Source: a virus. Taken from it: a stretch of 64,000 nucleotides of DNA. The stretch lies in IMG/VR virus record IMGVR_UViG_3300018049_000017, positions 3,998 to 67,997 of that record. One strand, 5' to 3'. Below the pieces are notes generated by a model. That model was not told the DNA's origin. It saw only the letters and a program-made list of their open reading frames with translations, and did not search any database. The position numbers were made by a program, and so were the translations under genes. Within the stretch, counting starts at the first letter, position 1; the number at the start of each line of letters is the position of its first letter. Below, piece by piece: positions 47,675 through 57,263 of the stretch.

Positions 47675-49459
47675 ATGGCAATTACATTAAGAGGAGATAA
47701 AGGTACATCATTAACGCATCTAGAGCTAGACAATAACTTTAGATCGTTTTTTTATTCTGCATCATATAGCGGAACATCAATATACCTATACACTTCTGCA
47801 TCTCTAAATAATGAAATACAACTTCCGATGACTCCTCCTGCTGGGTATGATTATCATATTCAGTTTAAAGAAGGAAACGAACCATCGGGTGCAAATGCTA
47901 ATTTTACTTCATCTGCTAACTTTAAATATGATTTTAGACAATCATCATTTAAAAACACAGGTTCATTCTACAACGTAGGATCTTTTACTAACACTGGAAA
48001 TGCAACTATTGATGGGGACTTGACCGTAACAGGAACAGTTACTGCTCAAGAAATGAGAACAGAGTTTAACAACTCATCTGTTGTATTTGAATCAGGGTCA
48101 ACTAAATTTGGAGATACATTAGATGATCAACATAGTTTTACAGGTAGTTTAGAAATAGAAGGCAGCCTAACTAGTTCTGCTGACATTTCTATAAAAGACT
48201 GGGGTAGTATTTCTAGTTCACTTCAAGTACTTACATCTAGTATAGCTGATCTATCTGGATCGGTATCTGCTAACTATCTACTGAATACCACTGATACCTT
48301 TACAGGAGATTTAACAGTAACCGGTAGAGTTAACGCAACTGAGATTAATACTACATATGTAACATCTTCTATACTTTATAACTCAGGTTCAAATATATTC
48401 GGTGACTCAACAACCGATGTACATATATTTACAGGTAGTATATTAACCGAACAGTCTATAACAGGCTCAGACGTAAGAATCAACCAATGGGGTAGCGTAT
48501 CGGCTTCACTATCAAGTTTAGACACTACTATATCAGGATTATCAACAGACTATCCAGATCTAACTAACATACCAAGCGGTATAGTTTCTGCATCTTCTAT
48601 CGCATCATCAGCACAAGGGGAAGTAGCACTTACTACTAACGGTGTTGCAGCAGCAGCAGTTGATACAGGACTTCAAACTACAGACAGCCCTACATTTGCT
48701 GACTTAGCTCTTACAGACTTTACTTCTGTATCTGCCTCTTTAGCATCTTTAACTGCTGGTACAATTACTATTAACAATGATGCTGATAATAGAGTACTAA
48801 CTGCTAATGGGAACAGTACTTTAAACGGAGAGTCTAATTTACTGTTTGACGGGGATACTCTAACTATCAACGGAACAACTATAAGTGAGTTCGGACCATC
48901 TGATACCGATATAGCTGGATTAGTAGGAAGCTCATCAGGTAGTTTAATACAGGGGGATGAACAAGGACATGTAGTAGTAGGTATTAGAGGAAACAGCAAC
49001 ACAGATTCTTTTGCTGTCATCTCTGGTAACGGTGATTACTACAGTGATACTACGTACGATAAATTAGCATTTAAAGTTCAAGCTGACGGAGCTACCACAA
49101 TAGGTGGTAACTTAACCGTGAGCGGTTCTGTGAATGTAACTGGAGATATAACAGCATACCATACTTCGGATGCTAGATTAAAAGATAATGTTACACCAAT
49201 TGAAAATGCACTATCTAAAGTAAAACAAATTGGAGGATATGAATTTGACTGGAATAATAATTCTGAGCATAGCGGTCACGATGTTGGTGTTATCGCTCAA
49301 GAAATCGAAAAAGTGCTGCCAGAAGTAGTAGCTGAAAGAGACAATGGCTACAAAGCAGTACGTTATGAGAAAATCGTCGCGTTATTAATTGAAGCTGTTA
49401 AACAACAGCAGTCTCAAATTGATGAGCTAAAATTAGACATTCTAAGAACTAGAACATAG
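47675..49459 (+). CDS. tail fibre with peptidase S74 intramolecular chaperone
   Basis: SDARLKDNV, GVIAQEIE and VRYEKIVALLIEAVK motifs, S/T/G-rich shaft. Confidence 0.9.
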   Translation: MAITLRGDKGTSLTHLELDNNFRSFFYSASYSGTSIYLYTSASLNNEIQLPMTPPAGYDYHIQFKEGNEPSGANANFTSSANFKYDFRQSSFKNTGSFYNVGSFTNTGNATIDGDLTVTGTVTAQEMRTEFNNSSVVFESGSTKFGDTLDDQHSFTGSLEIEGSLTSSADISIKDWGSISSSLQVLTSSIADLSGSVSANYLLNTTDTFTGDLTVTGRVNATEINTTYVTSSILYNSGSNIFGDSTTDVHIFTGSILTEQSITGSDVRINQWGSVSASLSSLDTTISGLSTDYPDLTNIPSGIVSASSIASSAQGEVALTTNGVAAAAVDTGLQTTDSPTFADLALTDFTSVSASLASLTAGTITINNDADNRVLTANGNSTLNGESNLLFDGDTLTINGTTISEFGPSDTDIAGLVGSSSGSLIQGDEQGHVVVGIRGNSNTDSFAVISGNGDYYSDTTYDKLAFKVQADGATTIGGNLTVSGSVNVTGDITAYHTSDARLKDNVTPIENALSKVKQIGGYEFDWNNNSEHSGHDVGVIAQEIEKVLPEVVAERDNGYKAVRYEKIVALLIEAVKQQQSQIDELKLDILRTRT

Positions 49460-49482
49460 CTCAGCGGCAAAACTAAATTAAT

Positions 49483-49983
49483 ATGGATATGACACAACCT
49501 TCCTGGACTTTCCAGGGTAGGATCTTCAACGACATATCAGACTTCCCAGAAGATACTTATGGGTTCATTTATGAAGTGAGCCATAAACCTACAGGCCTAA
49601 AATATATTGGCAAGAAAGTCCTATACTTTGAGAGAAATAAAAGACTCGGTAAACGAGCATTAGAAGCTTTGAGAGAAGAAAGGAAAGCAAAAGGAATTGG
49701 AGGAAGAGTACCTTTAAAGCAAAAAATAAGAACTGAATCTGATTGGAAAGACTACTACGGGTCTCATCCTCAGATTATTAAGTTAGTTAAGGAGTCAACT
49801 GATTTAAGAGAGAACTTTGAACGTAAGATTTTAGATTTAGTACCTAATAAGAAGCTTCTTACATATTTCGAGTGTAAGCACCTATTTATTAATGACGTAC
49901 TAGAAACATTTAGTCATCAATATATAAATGACAATATTCTAGGAAAATTTTACAGAAAAGACTTTAACAATGAAGCTAACTGA
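49483..49983 (+). CDS. GIY-YIG-like nuclease-fold protein
   Basis: YGFIY...KYIGKK, ESDWKDYYGS and N.NILGKF motifs. Confidence 0.65.
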   Translation: MDMTQPSWTFQGRIFNDISDFPEDTYGFIYEVSHKPTGLKYIGKKVLYFERNKRLGKRALEALREERKAKGIGGRVPLKQKIRTESDWKDYYGSHPQIIKLVKESTDLRENFERKILDLVPNKKLLTYFECKHLFINDVLETFSHQYINDNILGKFYRKDFNNEAN

Positions 49984-50221
49984 TATTTTACTTAACGAAG
50001 AAAAAAACTGCGGGTGTGGTCAAACACCTTGTAAGACTTATGGAGTTAACGAAGAGCTAGGAGTAGCTAAAAGAGGACTACAGGCAATCTTACATAAAGT
50101 AGGACCAGAAGTTTTCGCTAAAATTATCATTAATGGTATAGAAGACGAAAATGATCAAGATGCTATTTTAGATGCTATTAGAAAAGTTAACATGGATCAG
50201 TTTGTACCAGATATATTTTAA
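49970..50221 (+). CDS. putative head-internal protein
   Basis: MKLTDILLNE leader, CGCGQTPCKTYG motif. Confidence 0.6.
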   Translation: MKLTDILLNEEKNCGCGQTPCKTYGVNEELGVAKRGLQAILHKVGPEVFAKIIINGIEDENDQDAILDAIRKVNMDQFVPDIF

Positions 50222-50223
50222 TC

Positions 50224-51009
50224 ATGATACAGTTAAAAGAAGTCATAGGACTACCATCATTACAATACCATTTAGATAATGGTCTCACTTTATCAGAGAA
50301 TGTCTACCGTTATTCTTCTGATGCGTTTATACAATTATTTGCTGAGGCAAGAGAAGCGCTTAGAGACGGTTCTATCACATTAAGTGAAGAAGATACTCAT
50401 TTACTTGAAAATACCGATATAGGTGAATACGGTGATTATAACGGTATGAAAGTTCCTTTAGATCTTCCTATGGTCTCTCCTAAATATAATGCATTGTTTG
50501 AAATTGGCTGTATGATTGATGAAATGATCGAAAATGAAGATACAATAGATGAAGCAGCTTCAATCGATGAAATGATTGATTATGAGCTTATAAAAGAGTT
50601 AGTAGAGTCTATTGGAGGTACTATTAACATGGATAAGTTTAGAAAAGCTGTTAATATACATAACGAATCTTTCGACTACTCAGGATTCGATATGCTTAAA
50701 GCATCGGTTGATTATATTCCTGAAGCTGAATATAGAGGTAAAAAAGTACAACTTAACAAACCTAAAAGAGGTGGAAGTAAAAAATTCTACGTCTATGTTA
50801 AGTCTAAAAAAGGTAATGTTAAAAAAGTATCTTTCGGTGATACAGGTCTTTCAGTTAAGATCAAAAAGAAAGGAGCAAGAGCTTCTTTTGCTGCAAGACA
50901 TAAATGTGCTCAAAAGAAAGATAAAACTAAAGCAGGTTATTGGTCATGTAATATTGGCCGTTACTGGAAATCATTAGGCGGTGGATCGAACTTCTCAGGT
51001 TACTGGTAG
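50224..51009 (+). CDS. acidic N-terminal region with a basic C-terminal RxxFxARHxC...YWSC domain
   Basis: Charge switches sharply after YIPE-AEYRG. Confidence 0.7.
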   Translation: MIQLKEVIGLPSLQYHLDNGLTLSENVYRYSSDAFIQLFAEAREALRDGSITLSEEDTHLLENTDIGEYGDYNGMKVPLDLPMVSPKYNALFEIGCMIDEMIENEDTIDEAASIDEMIDYELIKELVESIGGTINMDKFRKAVNIHNESFDYSGFDMLKASVDYIPEAEYRGKKVQLNKPKRGGSKKFYVYVKSKKGNVKKVSFGDTGLSVKIKKKGARASFAARHKCAQKKDKTKAGYWSCNIGRYWKSLGGGSNFSGYW

Positions 51010-51259
51010 ACCATACTCTGAAATAAGAGAAGATGGTTTTATTATAAGAGAATTCTCTCAGAATATTTCTCCATTTGAATTAGTATGGCATAGAGATAAA
51101 GCAGACAGAATAGTCGAAGCTATGCATGAAACTGATTGGCTGTTCCAATTGGATAACGAACTACCTATACCTATAGATAAAATATTTATTCCAAAAGAGA
51201 CCTATCATCGTCTTATAAAAGGAAAGGGTAAGTTAAAAGTTAAAATAAAAGAGTTATAA
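50981..51259 (+). CDS. small cupin-like protein
   Basis: ELVWHRD...IFIPKETYHRLIKG. Start uncertain. Confidence 0.6.
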   Translation: MDRTSQVTGRPYSEIREDGFIIREFSQNISPFELVWHRDKADRIVEAMHETDWLFQLDNELPIPIDKIFIPKETYHRLIKGKGKLKVKIKEL

Positions 51260-51399
51260 TGGCTAAACAATTTGGAGGCATTAGCTCTATATGGAGATCA
51301 TCAAAAAAAAAGAGACCTGGGGTACATGCTAAAAGTAAAATGTCCCGTTCTAAAGGATCTAAAAACTACGTGAAGCCATATAGAGGTCAAGGCAGATAA
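51259..51399 (+). CDS. 46-aa very basic peptide ending KPYRGQGR (not in ORF track)
   Basis: TAATG-coupled, MAKQFGG...KKKRPGVHAKSK... Confidence 0.75.
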   Translation: MAKQFGGISSIWRSSKKKRPGVHAKSKMSRSKGSKNYVKPYRGQGR

Positions 51400-51409
51400 A
51401 GTTATTAAT

Positions 51410-52288
51410 ATGAAACCAAGCGTACATCAATTCGGCGCTAGCGGTATATTCGTTATTAGCGATTCAAACAATATAGAAAGAAGACAAAGGTTTGTTGAAG
51501 ACTGGAGTAATGTATCTAATTTTGATTATGAGTTTGTAGATGCTACTATGGGTAGCAGTATAGATGTTTCTAGTTTAATTAATGAAGGAAGACTTACTAA
51601 ATTTTGGTGTGGTGAAGGAGGAGTAAGTAAAAACGTTATAGCTTGTTTTTTATCTCATAGAAAAGTGTGGAAAAGCATAAAAGATTTACCTCACGAAAAC
51701 TACTACTTAATTTTAGAAGATGATGTTAGGTTAACTCCCTATTTTTTAAACACAGCATTTAGCAACGGAGAATTTAAAAAAGTACTCAACAATATTCACA
51801 AAGAAGATATAAACTGTTTTTGGTGGGGTAGAGCTGACAATAAAGTAATAGGTAAACAGTATAACAAACACTTGAAAGTACCTGATGCTTTTATTGCACT
51901 AGGTGCTCATAGTTATATGATTACACCAGGGTTTGCAAACTACCTATACAATGAAAGTTTCAACATAAGCTGTCCAGCAGATGTTTTTATAGATTTACTG
52001 CTCTTAGGAATAAAAAGACATTACACACCAAACTTTTCATATATGAGACAAATGCAACATATGATTAAGGATAGATTTTTTCCTTTAGATCACAAATATA
52101 GAGTCTGGGGCAGTACTACTCAACCTGATTGGACTGACCATACCACTAGGGTTTATGAAGGGTTGTACAAGAACGTATCACCAGATATTAGAAAATTTAT
52201 TACTGATGCTTCTCAAGAATTCATTGCTGAATTTAAAAAAGGTATTTCTTTTAAGTTTGAGATATTTGAAGAGAAAGAGCTTTTATAA
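51410..52288 (+). CDS. glycosyltransferase family 25
   Basis: ERRQ, FVDA, ACFLSHRKVW, LILEDD, AHSYMI and PAD motifs. Ends KELL. Confidence 0.9.
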   Translation: MKPSVHQFGASGIFVISDSNNIERRQRFVEDWSNVSNFDYEFVDATMGSSIDVSSLINEGRLTKFWCGEGGVSKNVIACFLSHRKVWKSIKDLPHENYYLILEDDVRLTPYFLNTAFSNGEFKKVLNNIHKEDINCFWWGRADNKVIGKQYNKHLKVPDAFIALGAHSYMITPGFANYLYNESFNISCPADVFIDLLLLGIKRHYTPNFSYMRQMQHMIKDRFFPLDHKYRVWGSTTQPDWTDHTTRVYEGLYKNVSPDIRKFITDASQEFIAEFKKGISFKFEIFEEKELL

Positions 52289-52315
52289 ACTATTTATAAG
52301 TGTAAAAGCAGTAAA

Positions 52316-52656
52316 ATGAAATTGACAAAAATTATATTATCTGAAAGTGTAAAAGCTAAGCTATCTAGTTTAAACTATAACGAGGTACATAAGCACCTTG
52401 GAGATGGATTTTCTGCTCCTAATCCTGACGATAGTTCAAGACGTATTAATTCTGAAAATGATTGGGAGTCTTGGAAACAAAGAACTATAGAGCAATTTGG
52501 AGATGTCGATATTGAAATAGACGATACTGCTGTTTGGTACGATAAAATAAAAATTATCGATCCTAAGTTTACAAAACAAAAAGATGACTACACCGCAGAA
52601 AAGCAGCTTGGTTAGATAGAGAGAGAGCTGCAGGTAGAACATCAGGATTAGACTAA
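52316..52656 (+). CDS. putative head-internal protein, probably frameshifted near 52600
   Basis: MKLTKIILSE leader. The track stop is 52615, but the -1 frame reads AAWLDRERAAGRTSGLD* to 52656. Confidence 0.55.
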
Positions 52657-52662
52657 TGAGAT

Positions 52663-53091
52663 ATGAGACTATCACATGTTATATTAGGAGAGATTCTTTA
52701 TTACGATCCAGACTTTGAAAGAGAAGTAGATAAAATAAAAGATCTAGGAGGTAAATACCTCGGGTCAGGAGATTACGGGGCTGCATACTTATTAAATGGA
52801 CGAGTCTACAAAGTCACTACTGACGAAATCGAATTAGAACACGCACATAAACTTAAAGGTAAAAAAACTAATAACTTTGCTCACATTTATGATGCAGAGT
52901 CAATCACACCTAAACTTGGTATAATTCAAATGGAAGTACTAGGAGAATTTAAAGGTGAGATTCCGGAAGAATGGGTTGAAGCTGTAGAAGCAGAAGCAAA
53001 AAGAATGGGCATTAAACCAGATGAATTAGATATAAGACCTTCTAATATAATGGTGAATCAAAAAAATCACTTAAAATTAGTTGATATTTAA
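52663..53091 (+). CDS. minimal protein-kinase-like fold protein
   Basis: LGSGDYG, VYKV, DIRPSNIM and terminal LVDI, with MRLSHVILGE leader. Confidence 0.7.
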   Translation: MRLSHVILGEILYYDPDFEREVDKIKDLGGKYLGSGDYGAAYLLNGRVYKVTTDEIELEHAHKLKGKKTNNFAHIYDAESITPKLGIIQMEVLGEFKGEIPEEWVEAVEAEAKRMGIKPDELDIRPSNIMVNQKNHLKLVDI

Positions 53092-53111
53092 AAATATTCT
53101 TCTTATATTAT
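53081..53111 (+). promoter_or_regulatory. Bacteroidota-type promoter for the primase gene
   Basis: TTG(53081)-N20-TATATTAT(53104). Confidence 0.6.
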
Positions 53112-53135
53112 ATAGTAATAGTTACGGACTAATTA

Positions 53136-54059
53136 ATGGATTATACTTTTCTACTAAGCTCTATCGAGGGTATTCTCGGTAAAAGTCATAAGAGAGCGAG
53201 GGACAATCATGCCTTTCACTGTCCTTTTTGTAATCATAGGAAGCCAAAGCTTGAAATAAATATGGCTACTAATGAACAAGGACAGAACCCTTGGGAATGT
53301 TGGGTATGTCAAACTCGAGGTAGAACTATACGCTCTTTACTTAAACAACTTAAGACTCCTAGAGATCAAGCTCAAGAAATTTTAAAGTACTTACCTAAAG
53401 GAGCAGAAGTAGAGTATAAGCAGCTATCTATAATAGAGCTACCGAAGGAATATCAACCCTTACATAATGCCTCACAAACATCTGTTGTAGCTAATCTAGT
53501 AAAAAAATACCTATATGAGAGAGGACTTACCGATATCGATTTTATTAAATATGGGATTGGATACTGCACGACTGGAGAATATGGAGGAAGAGTTATTATC
53601 CCAAGTTTTTCTGAATCCGGTGCACTCAACTTCTTTATTGCACGAACTTATGATGGCAATTACTTTAAATACAAAAATCCTGAAGCTTCCAAGGACATAA
53701 TATTTTTCGAAAACTTAATTAATTGGAATGCTCCTATAATTTTGTGTGAAGGAGTATTTGATGCCTTAGCTATTAGAAGAAACGCTATTCCTCTGCTGGG
53801 TAAAAGCGTCTCTAATGCATTGTATAAAAAAATATTAACAAGTAATGTACATGACATATACATTGCGTTAGATACAGATGCTCGAGTTAGAGCTTTAGAA
53901 ATTGCAGAGAAATTTTTAAATCAAGGTAAGAGAGTGTTTTTAATTAACCTTCCAGATAAGGATCCTTCTGATATGGGATTTAAAGCATTTACTAACCATG
54001 TACAAACCGCTGAGGAATTTGATGTTACATCACTTCTTAAGCACAAACTAGAATTATGA
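53136..54059 (+). CDS. DNA primase (Zn finger + Toprim, DnaG-like)
   Basis: CPFC...CWVC, YLYERG, RVIIP, KYKNP, CEGVFDA, LDTDA and KDP motifs. Confidence 0.92.
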   Translation: MDYTFLLSSIEGILGKSHKRARDNHAFHCPFCNHRKPKLEINMATNEQGQNPWECWVCQTRGRTIRSLLKQLKTPRDQAQEILKYLPKGAEVEYKQLSIIELPKEYQPLHNASQTSVVANLVKKYLYERGLTDIDFIKYGIGYCTTGEYGGRVIIPSFSESGALNFFIARTYDGNYFKYKNPEASKDIIFFENLINWNAPIILCEGVFDALAIRRNAIPLLGKSVSNALYKKILTSNVHDIYIALDTDARVRALEIAEKFLNQGKRVFLINLPDKDPSDMGFKAFTNHVQTAEEFDVTSLLKHKLEL

Positions 54060-54838
54060 TTAAACAAGGAATGAATATTCTCAAACAAAATGAGAAAAAA
54101 AGACTTGAGTTTAACCCAGATTTACAACAAATTAACTTTCTAGATAGGAGAGTTTATAAAAGGTCGGAAGGAGTATACTACCCGTCCGTAACTACTATAC
54201 TCCAGTATATGCCCAAGAATAAGTTTTTTGAGTCTTGGCTCAAAGACGTTGGGCATAACGCCGACTATATAATGAGAAAAGCCGGTAAAGAAGGAACTCA
54301 AGTTCATGAAGCAGCCGAAGCATTAGTAAAAGGAGAGGAAGTTTCTTGGATGGACGATTACGGTAATGCAAAATATTCACAACTTGTATGGGAGATGATA
54401 TTAAAGTTCCATAACTTCTGGTCAACACATAAACCAGAATTAATTTCTACCGAAGACTTCGTATGGTCTGATGAATATAAGTATGCAGGTACTGCTGACT
54501 TAGTTGTTAAGATGAACAACGAAACTTGGTTATTAGATATAAAAACTTCAAATAGTATACACAAGTCTTATGACCTTCAATTAGCCTCTTATGCAAAAGC
54601 ATTAGAAGAATCTAAAAATATCAAAATTGAAAGAACAGGTATAATATGGCTTAAAGCGCATTCAAGAGGTCCAAGTAAGCAGAAAAATGTAATACAGGGT
54701 AAAGGTTGGAAACTATTACAGATAGACGAAATTGATAAGAATTTTGAACTATTCAAAATGATATACGAATTATACAAACTAGAGAATCCAGTTACTGAAC
54801 CTATTTATAATAGTTACCCAACAACTCTAAAACTATGA
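54056..54838 (+). CDS. PD-(D/E)xK exonuclease
   Basis: YPSVTTIL, GTQVH, AGTADL...LLDIKTS and QLASY motifs. Confidence 0.88.
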   Translation: MIKQGMNILKQNEKKRLEFNPDLQQINFLDRRVYKRSEGVYYPSVTTILQYMPKNKFFESWLKDVGHNADYIMRKAGKEGTQVHEAAEALVKGEEVSWMDDYGNAKYSQLVWEMILKFHNFWSTHKPELISTEDFVWSDEYKYAGTADLVVKMNNETWLLDIKTSNSIHKSYDLQLASYAKALEESKNIKIERTGIIWLKAHSRGPSKQKNVIQGKGWKLLQIDEIDKNFELFKMIYELYKLENPVTEPIYNSYPTTLKL

Positions 54839-55494
54839 GATATTTTATATTATTCTTCTTTGTTTCTCTTTTTACTAGCTGTGGTGTATATCAAATAAAT
54901 ACTACACCTAAAGTAAAAATAAGCAAAGTACTAACTATAACCTCTACAGGAGATACTTTAGCAGTTCCTCTAAGAGATTTTCAAAAATTTAATTACAATA
55001 ATGTTTTCGACAATTACAGATGGAATTTTAACTACGGCTTTAACTACTACAGTTGGGGAAACCCATACTTTGGATACAGTCCAAATTGGTATCGTCCAAA
55101 CAGCTGGTATTTTAGAGATTGGTATTATACTCCTCCTATTTATAACTATAGTTTGGAGGTACCTCAAAATAACAAACCTAGAGTTTACGTAAAAGGAAGA
55201 AGAGGAAGTAATACAGACAGTAACAGGATAATTATAAAACCAAATAATAATAACAATGATCAAATTAGTGGACCTAATTTTAGAACGCCAAGATCGACCG
55301 AAGGCAGTAATAATGGCAGGAGGAGCTGGAGCGGGGAAGACATATTTGTTAAACCAATTGTCCCTAGACAGCCTCCCATTATTCAACCCGGACAAGTACG
55401 TAGAGGATCCCAACCACCCGTACTACAACAACCTAGGAGCAGCATCAAACCAGGTAGCCAAGGACGTAGCAAAGCAGGCAGAATCCAAGAGTAG
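54835..55494 (+). CDS. lipoprotein with Y/W/N-rich core and disordered R/S/P/Q tail
   Basis: MRYFILFFFVSLFTS-C lipobox. The last 239 nt overlap the next gene. Confidence 0.7.
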   Translation: MRYFILFFFVSLFTSCGVYQINTTPKVKISKVLTITSTGDTLAVPLRDFQKFNYNNVFDNYRWNFNYGFNYYSWGNPYFGYSPNWYRPNSWYFRDWYYTPPIYNYSLEVPQNNKPRVYVKGRRGSNTDSNRIIIKPNNNNNDQISGPNFRTPRSTEGSNNGRRSWSGEDIFVKPIVPRQPPIIQPGQVRRGSQPPVLQQPRSSIKPGSQGRSKAGRIQE

Positions 55495-56194
55495 TTTTGT
55501 TTGGGATACAACTGCTTCTGGTAAAAGATTCCAAAAACAGCTAGACGATATCCTGGCTTTAGGATATGATGTCTACATGGTCATGGTGTACACACACCCA
55601 ATGATTTCTTACATTTCCAACTTTAAACTTAGAGGACGTAACACTCCATCATCAGCAGTATTTTCTACCTGGAGAAATGTTTATGAAAAAATAGACGATT
55701 ACAACAAAATACTAAATGGTAATTTATCTATATTCATAAACGATCACAATGGTAGGTTTAAAAAAGAAGTAGAAGGATTTGATACTGCTGCTAAAAACGG
55801 CATAACAGGTATAAAAGACTACCTAAAAAGATACAATGAAGAAAACGGAGTAGAAGGATCTAGTTTTTTCAAACCTGTAGAATGGTCAGATGAGGAAGAG
55901 CAAGAATTCAATAAAGAGGTGGGTAGTGTTGATTGGGATAAGAATAACAGATCAGAAGATAAGGCTATAAAACAAGCTTTTTTAAAAGCATACAGGAAGA
56001 ATGGAGTAGGACCTGGTCAGGATAAGCTCAGAGATGCAGTAAAAAAATATAGAGACAAAAAAGTAAAAGATGATGCAGATGCAGATGCAGTATTAGATAA
56101 TATTGCTGATATGATCTATAGTCCTAAGTTTCAAGCGAAATTAGAACATAGTACTCCGGCTGAAATAGATTCAAAAGTACAAGCATTTTTATGA
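55256..56194 (+). CDS. P-loop kinase, zeta-toxin/AAA_33-like
   Basis: MAGGAGAGKT, NPD, WDTT and N..R.R motifs, with MIKLVDLILE leader. Confidence 0.8.
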   Translation: MIKLVDLILERQDRPKAVIMAGGAGAGKTYLLNQLSLDSLPLFNPDKYVEDPNHPYYNNLGAASNQVAKDVAKQAESKSSFVWDTTASGKRFQKQLDDILALGYDVYMVMVYTHPMISYISNFKLRGRNTPSSAVFSTWRNVYEKIDDYNKILNGNLSIFINDHNGRFKKEVEGFDTAAKNGITGIKDYLKRYNEENGVEGSSFFKPVEWSDEEEQEFNKEVGSVDWDKNNRSEDKAIKQAFLKAYRKNGVGPGQDKLRDAVKKYRDKKVKDDADADAVLDNIADMIYSPKFQAKLEHSTPAEIDSKVQAFL

Positions 56195-57261
56195 TAGCAT
56201 TATACCCAGGAGCATTTAAACCACCTCATAGAGGTCATTTTAACGTAGTAAAGTCTTTACTCGACGGCTCTTATGATGGATCAGTTTATACTAAAGATGA
56301 TTATGCAGACAAAGCATTAGCATTAACACAAGGAGATCAACCCACAGATACTCCTAAAATCAGTAAAGTAATTGTTTTTGTAGGTGCTGGAGAAAGGAAC
56401 GGTATAGATAAAGATGAAGCACTACATATATGGGAAATCTATTCTAAACATTTAGGAGATGTAGAAATAAGAGATGGAGGACATAATCCTATGTTTGCAG
56501 CAAAAGATTATGCTCAAGAAAACAGTTCTGAACAATTTGTTGCTGTTACAGGAATTAGAGGAGAAAAAGATTTTGTAGATTTAAGAAGAGTTACTACTTT
56601 TAAAAATGCACCTAACGTTCAAGGTTTAGCATTAATGGCAAAACCAGGTTCTGGAGTTACAGCAACAGATTTTAGAAATAGTATACTTGCAGGAAATTTA
56701 GATAAAATTATAGATTTTTTTCCTGAGGAATTAAAAAGAGAAGAAATATTAGCTATTATGACAGATTTAAAAGATAAAATTGTTGCTGAAATAATAGGGA
56801 CTAATATAGATGGATTTATAAATGAATATTTTGTTTCTGAGACTGCCAACCCTCAAGACGGGAAAGCAGCACCTTACGGCTCAGGCTATAAAAAAATAGG
56901 AATAAAAGAATATATAGCTTCGCTGCTAGAATATATGTTAGATCAAAAAATGAAAATAACTCCTTTACCGGAAATTAAATTAAGAGAAGATGAACAAAAT
57001 GCTTCTAATTTCTTTGGTAGAACCGCTTATTATGATCCAACAGATAAAGAAATCGTATTGTTTACCACAGGTAGACACCCTAAAGATATAGTTAGATCAT
57101 TTTCTCATGAAATGATTCATCATATGCAAAACCTACAAGGTAACTTAGGAAACATACAGACTTCTAACACTAATGAAGATGATAACCTATTAGAATTAGA
57201 AAAAGAAGCATATCTTTTAGGTAATATTACTTTTAGAAACTGGGAAGATTCTTTAAGATAA
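56191..57261 (+). CDS. HxGH nucleotidyltransferase (cytidylyltransferase/NMNAT-like) fused to an HExxH domain
   Basis: PGAFKPPHRGH and TATDFR, followed by SHEMIHHMQ...LEKEAY. Confidence 0.8.
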   Translation: MIALYPGAFKPPHRGHFNVVKSLLDGSYDGSVYTKDDYADKALALTQGDQPTDTPKISKVIVFVGAGERNGIDKDEALHIWEIYSKHLGDVEIRDGGHNPMFAAKDYAQENSSEQFVAVTGIRGEKDFVDLRRVTTFKNAPNVQGLALMAKPGSGVTATDFRNSILAGNLDKIIDFFPEELKREEILAIMTDLKDKIVAEIIGTNIDGFINEYFVSETANPQDGKAAPYGSGYKKIGIKEYIASLLEYMLDQKMKITPLPEIKLREDEQNASNFFGRTAYYDPTDKEIVLFTTGRHPKDIVRSFSHEMIHHMQNLQGNLGNIQTSNTNEDDNLLELEKEAYLLGNITFRNWEDSLR

Positions 57262-57263
57262 AG

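Noticed and set aside
47038-49459. Diversity-generating retroelement or invertible tail-fibre switch
   Set aside because: No reverse transcriptase, invertase or near-identical template/variable repeat pair is visible. The fibre similarities are diverged and at protein level.
54056-54838. PD-(D/E)xK nuclease as Cas4
   Set aside because: It lacks the Fe-S cysteines and is coupled to the primase, as expected for a phage replication/recombination exonuclease.
55256-56194. Zeta-like kinase as a toxin-antitoxin module
   Set aside because: No epsilon-like antitoxin is adjacent, and the leader and context point to a virion-associated P-loop kinase.
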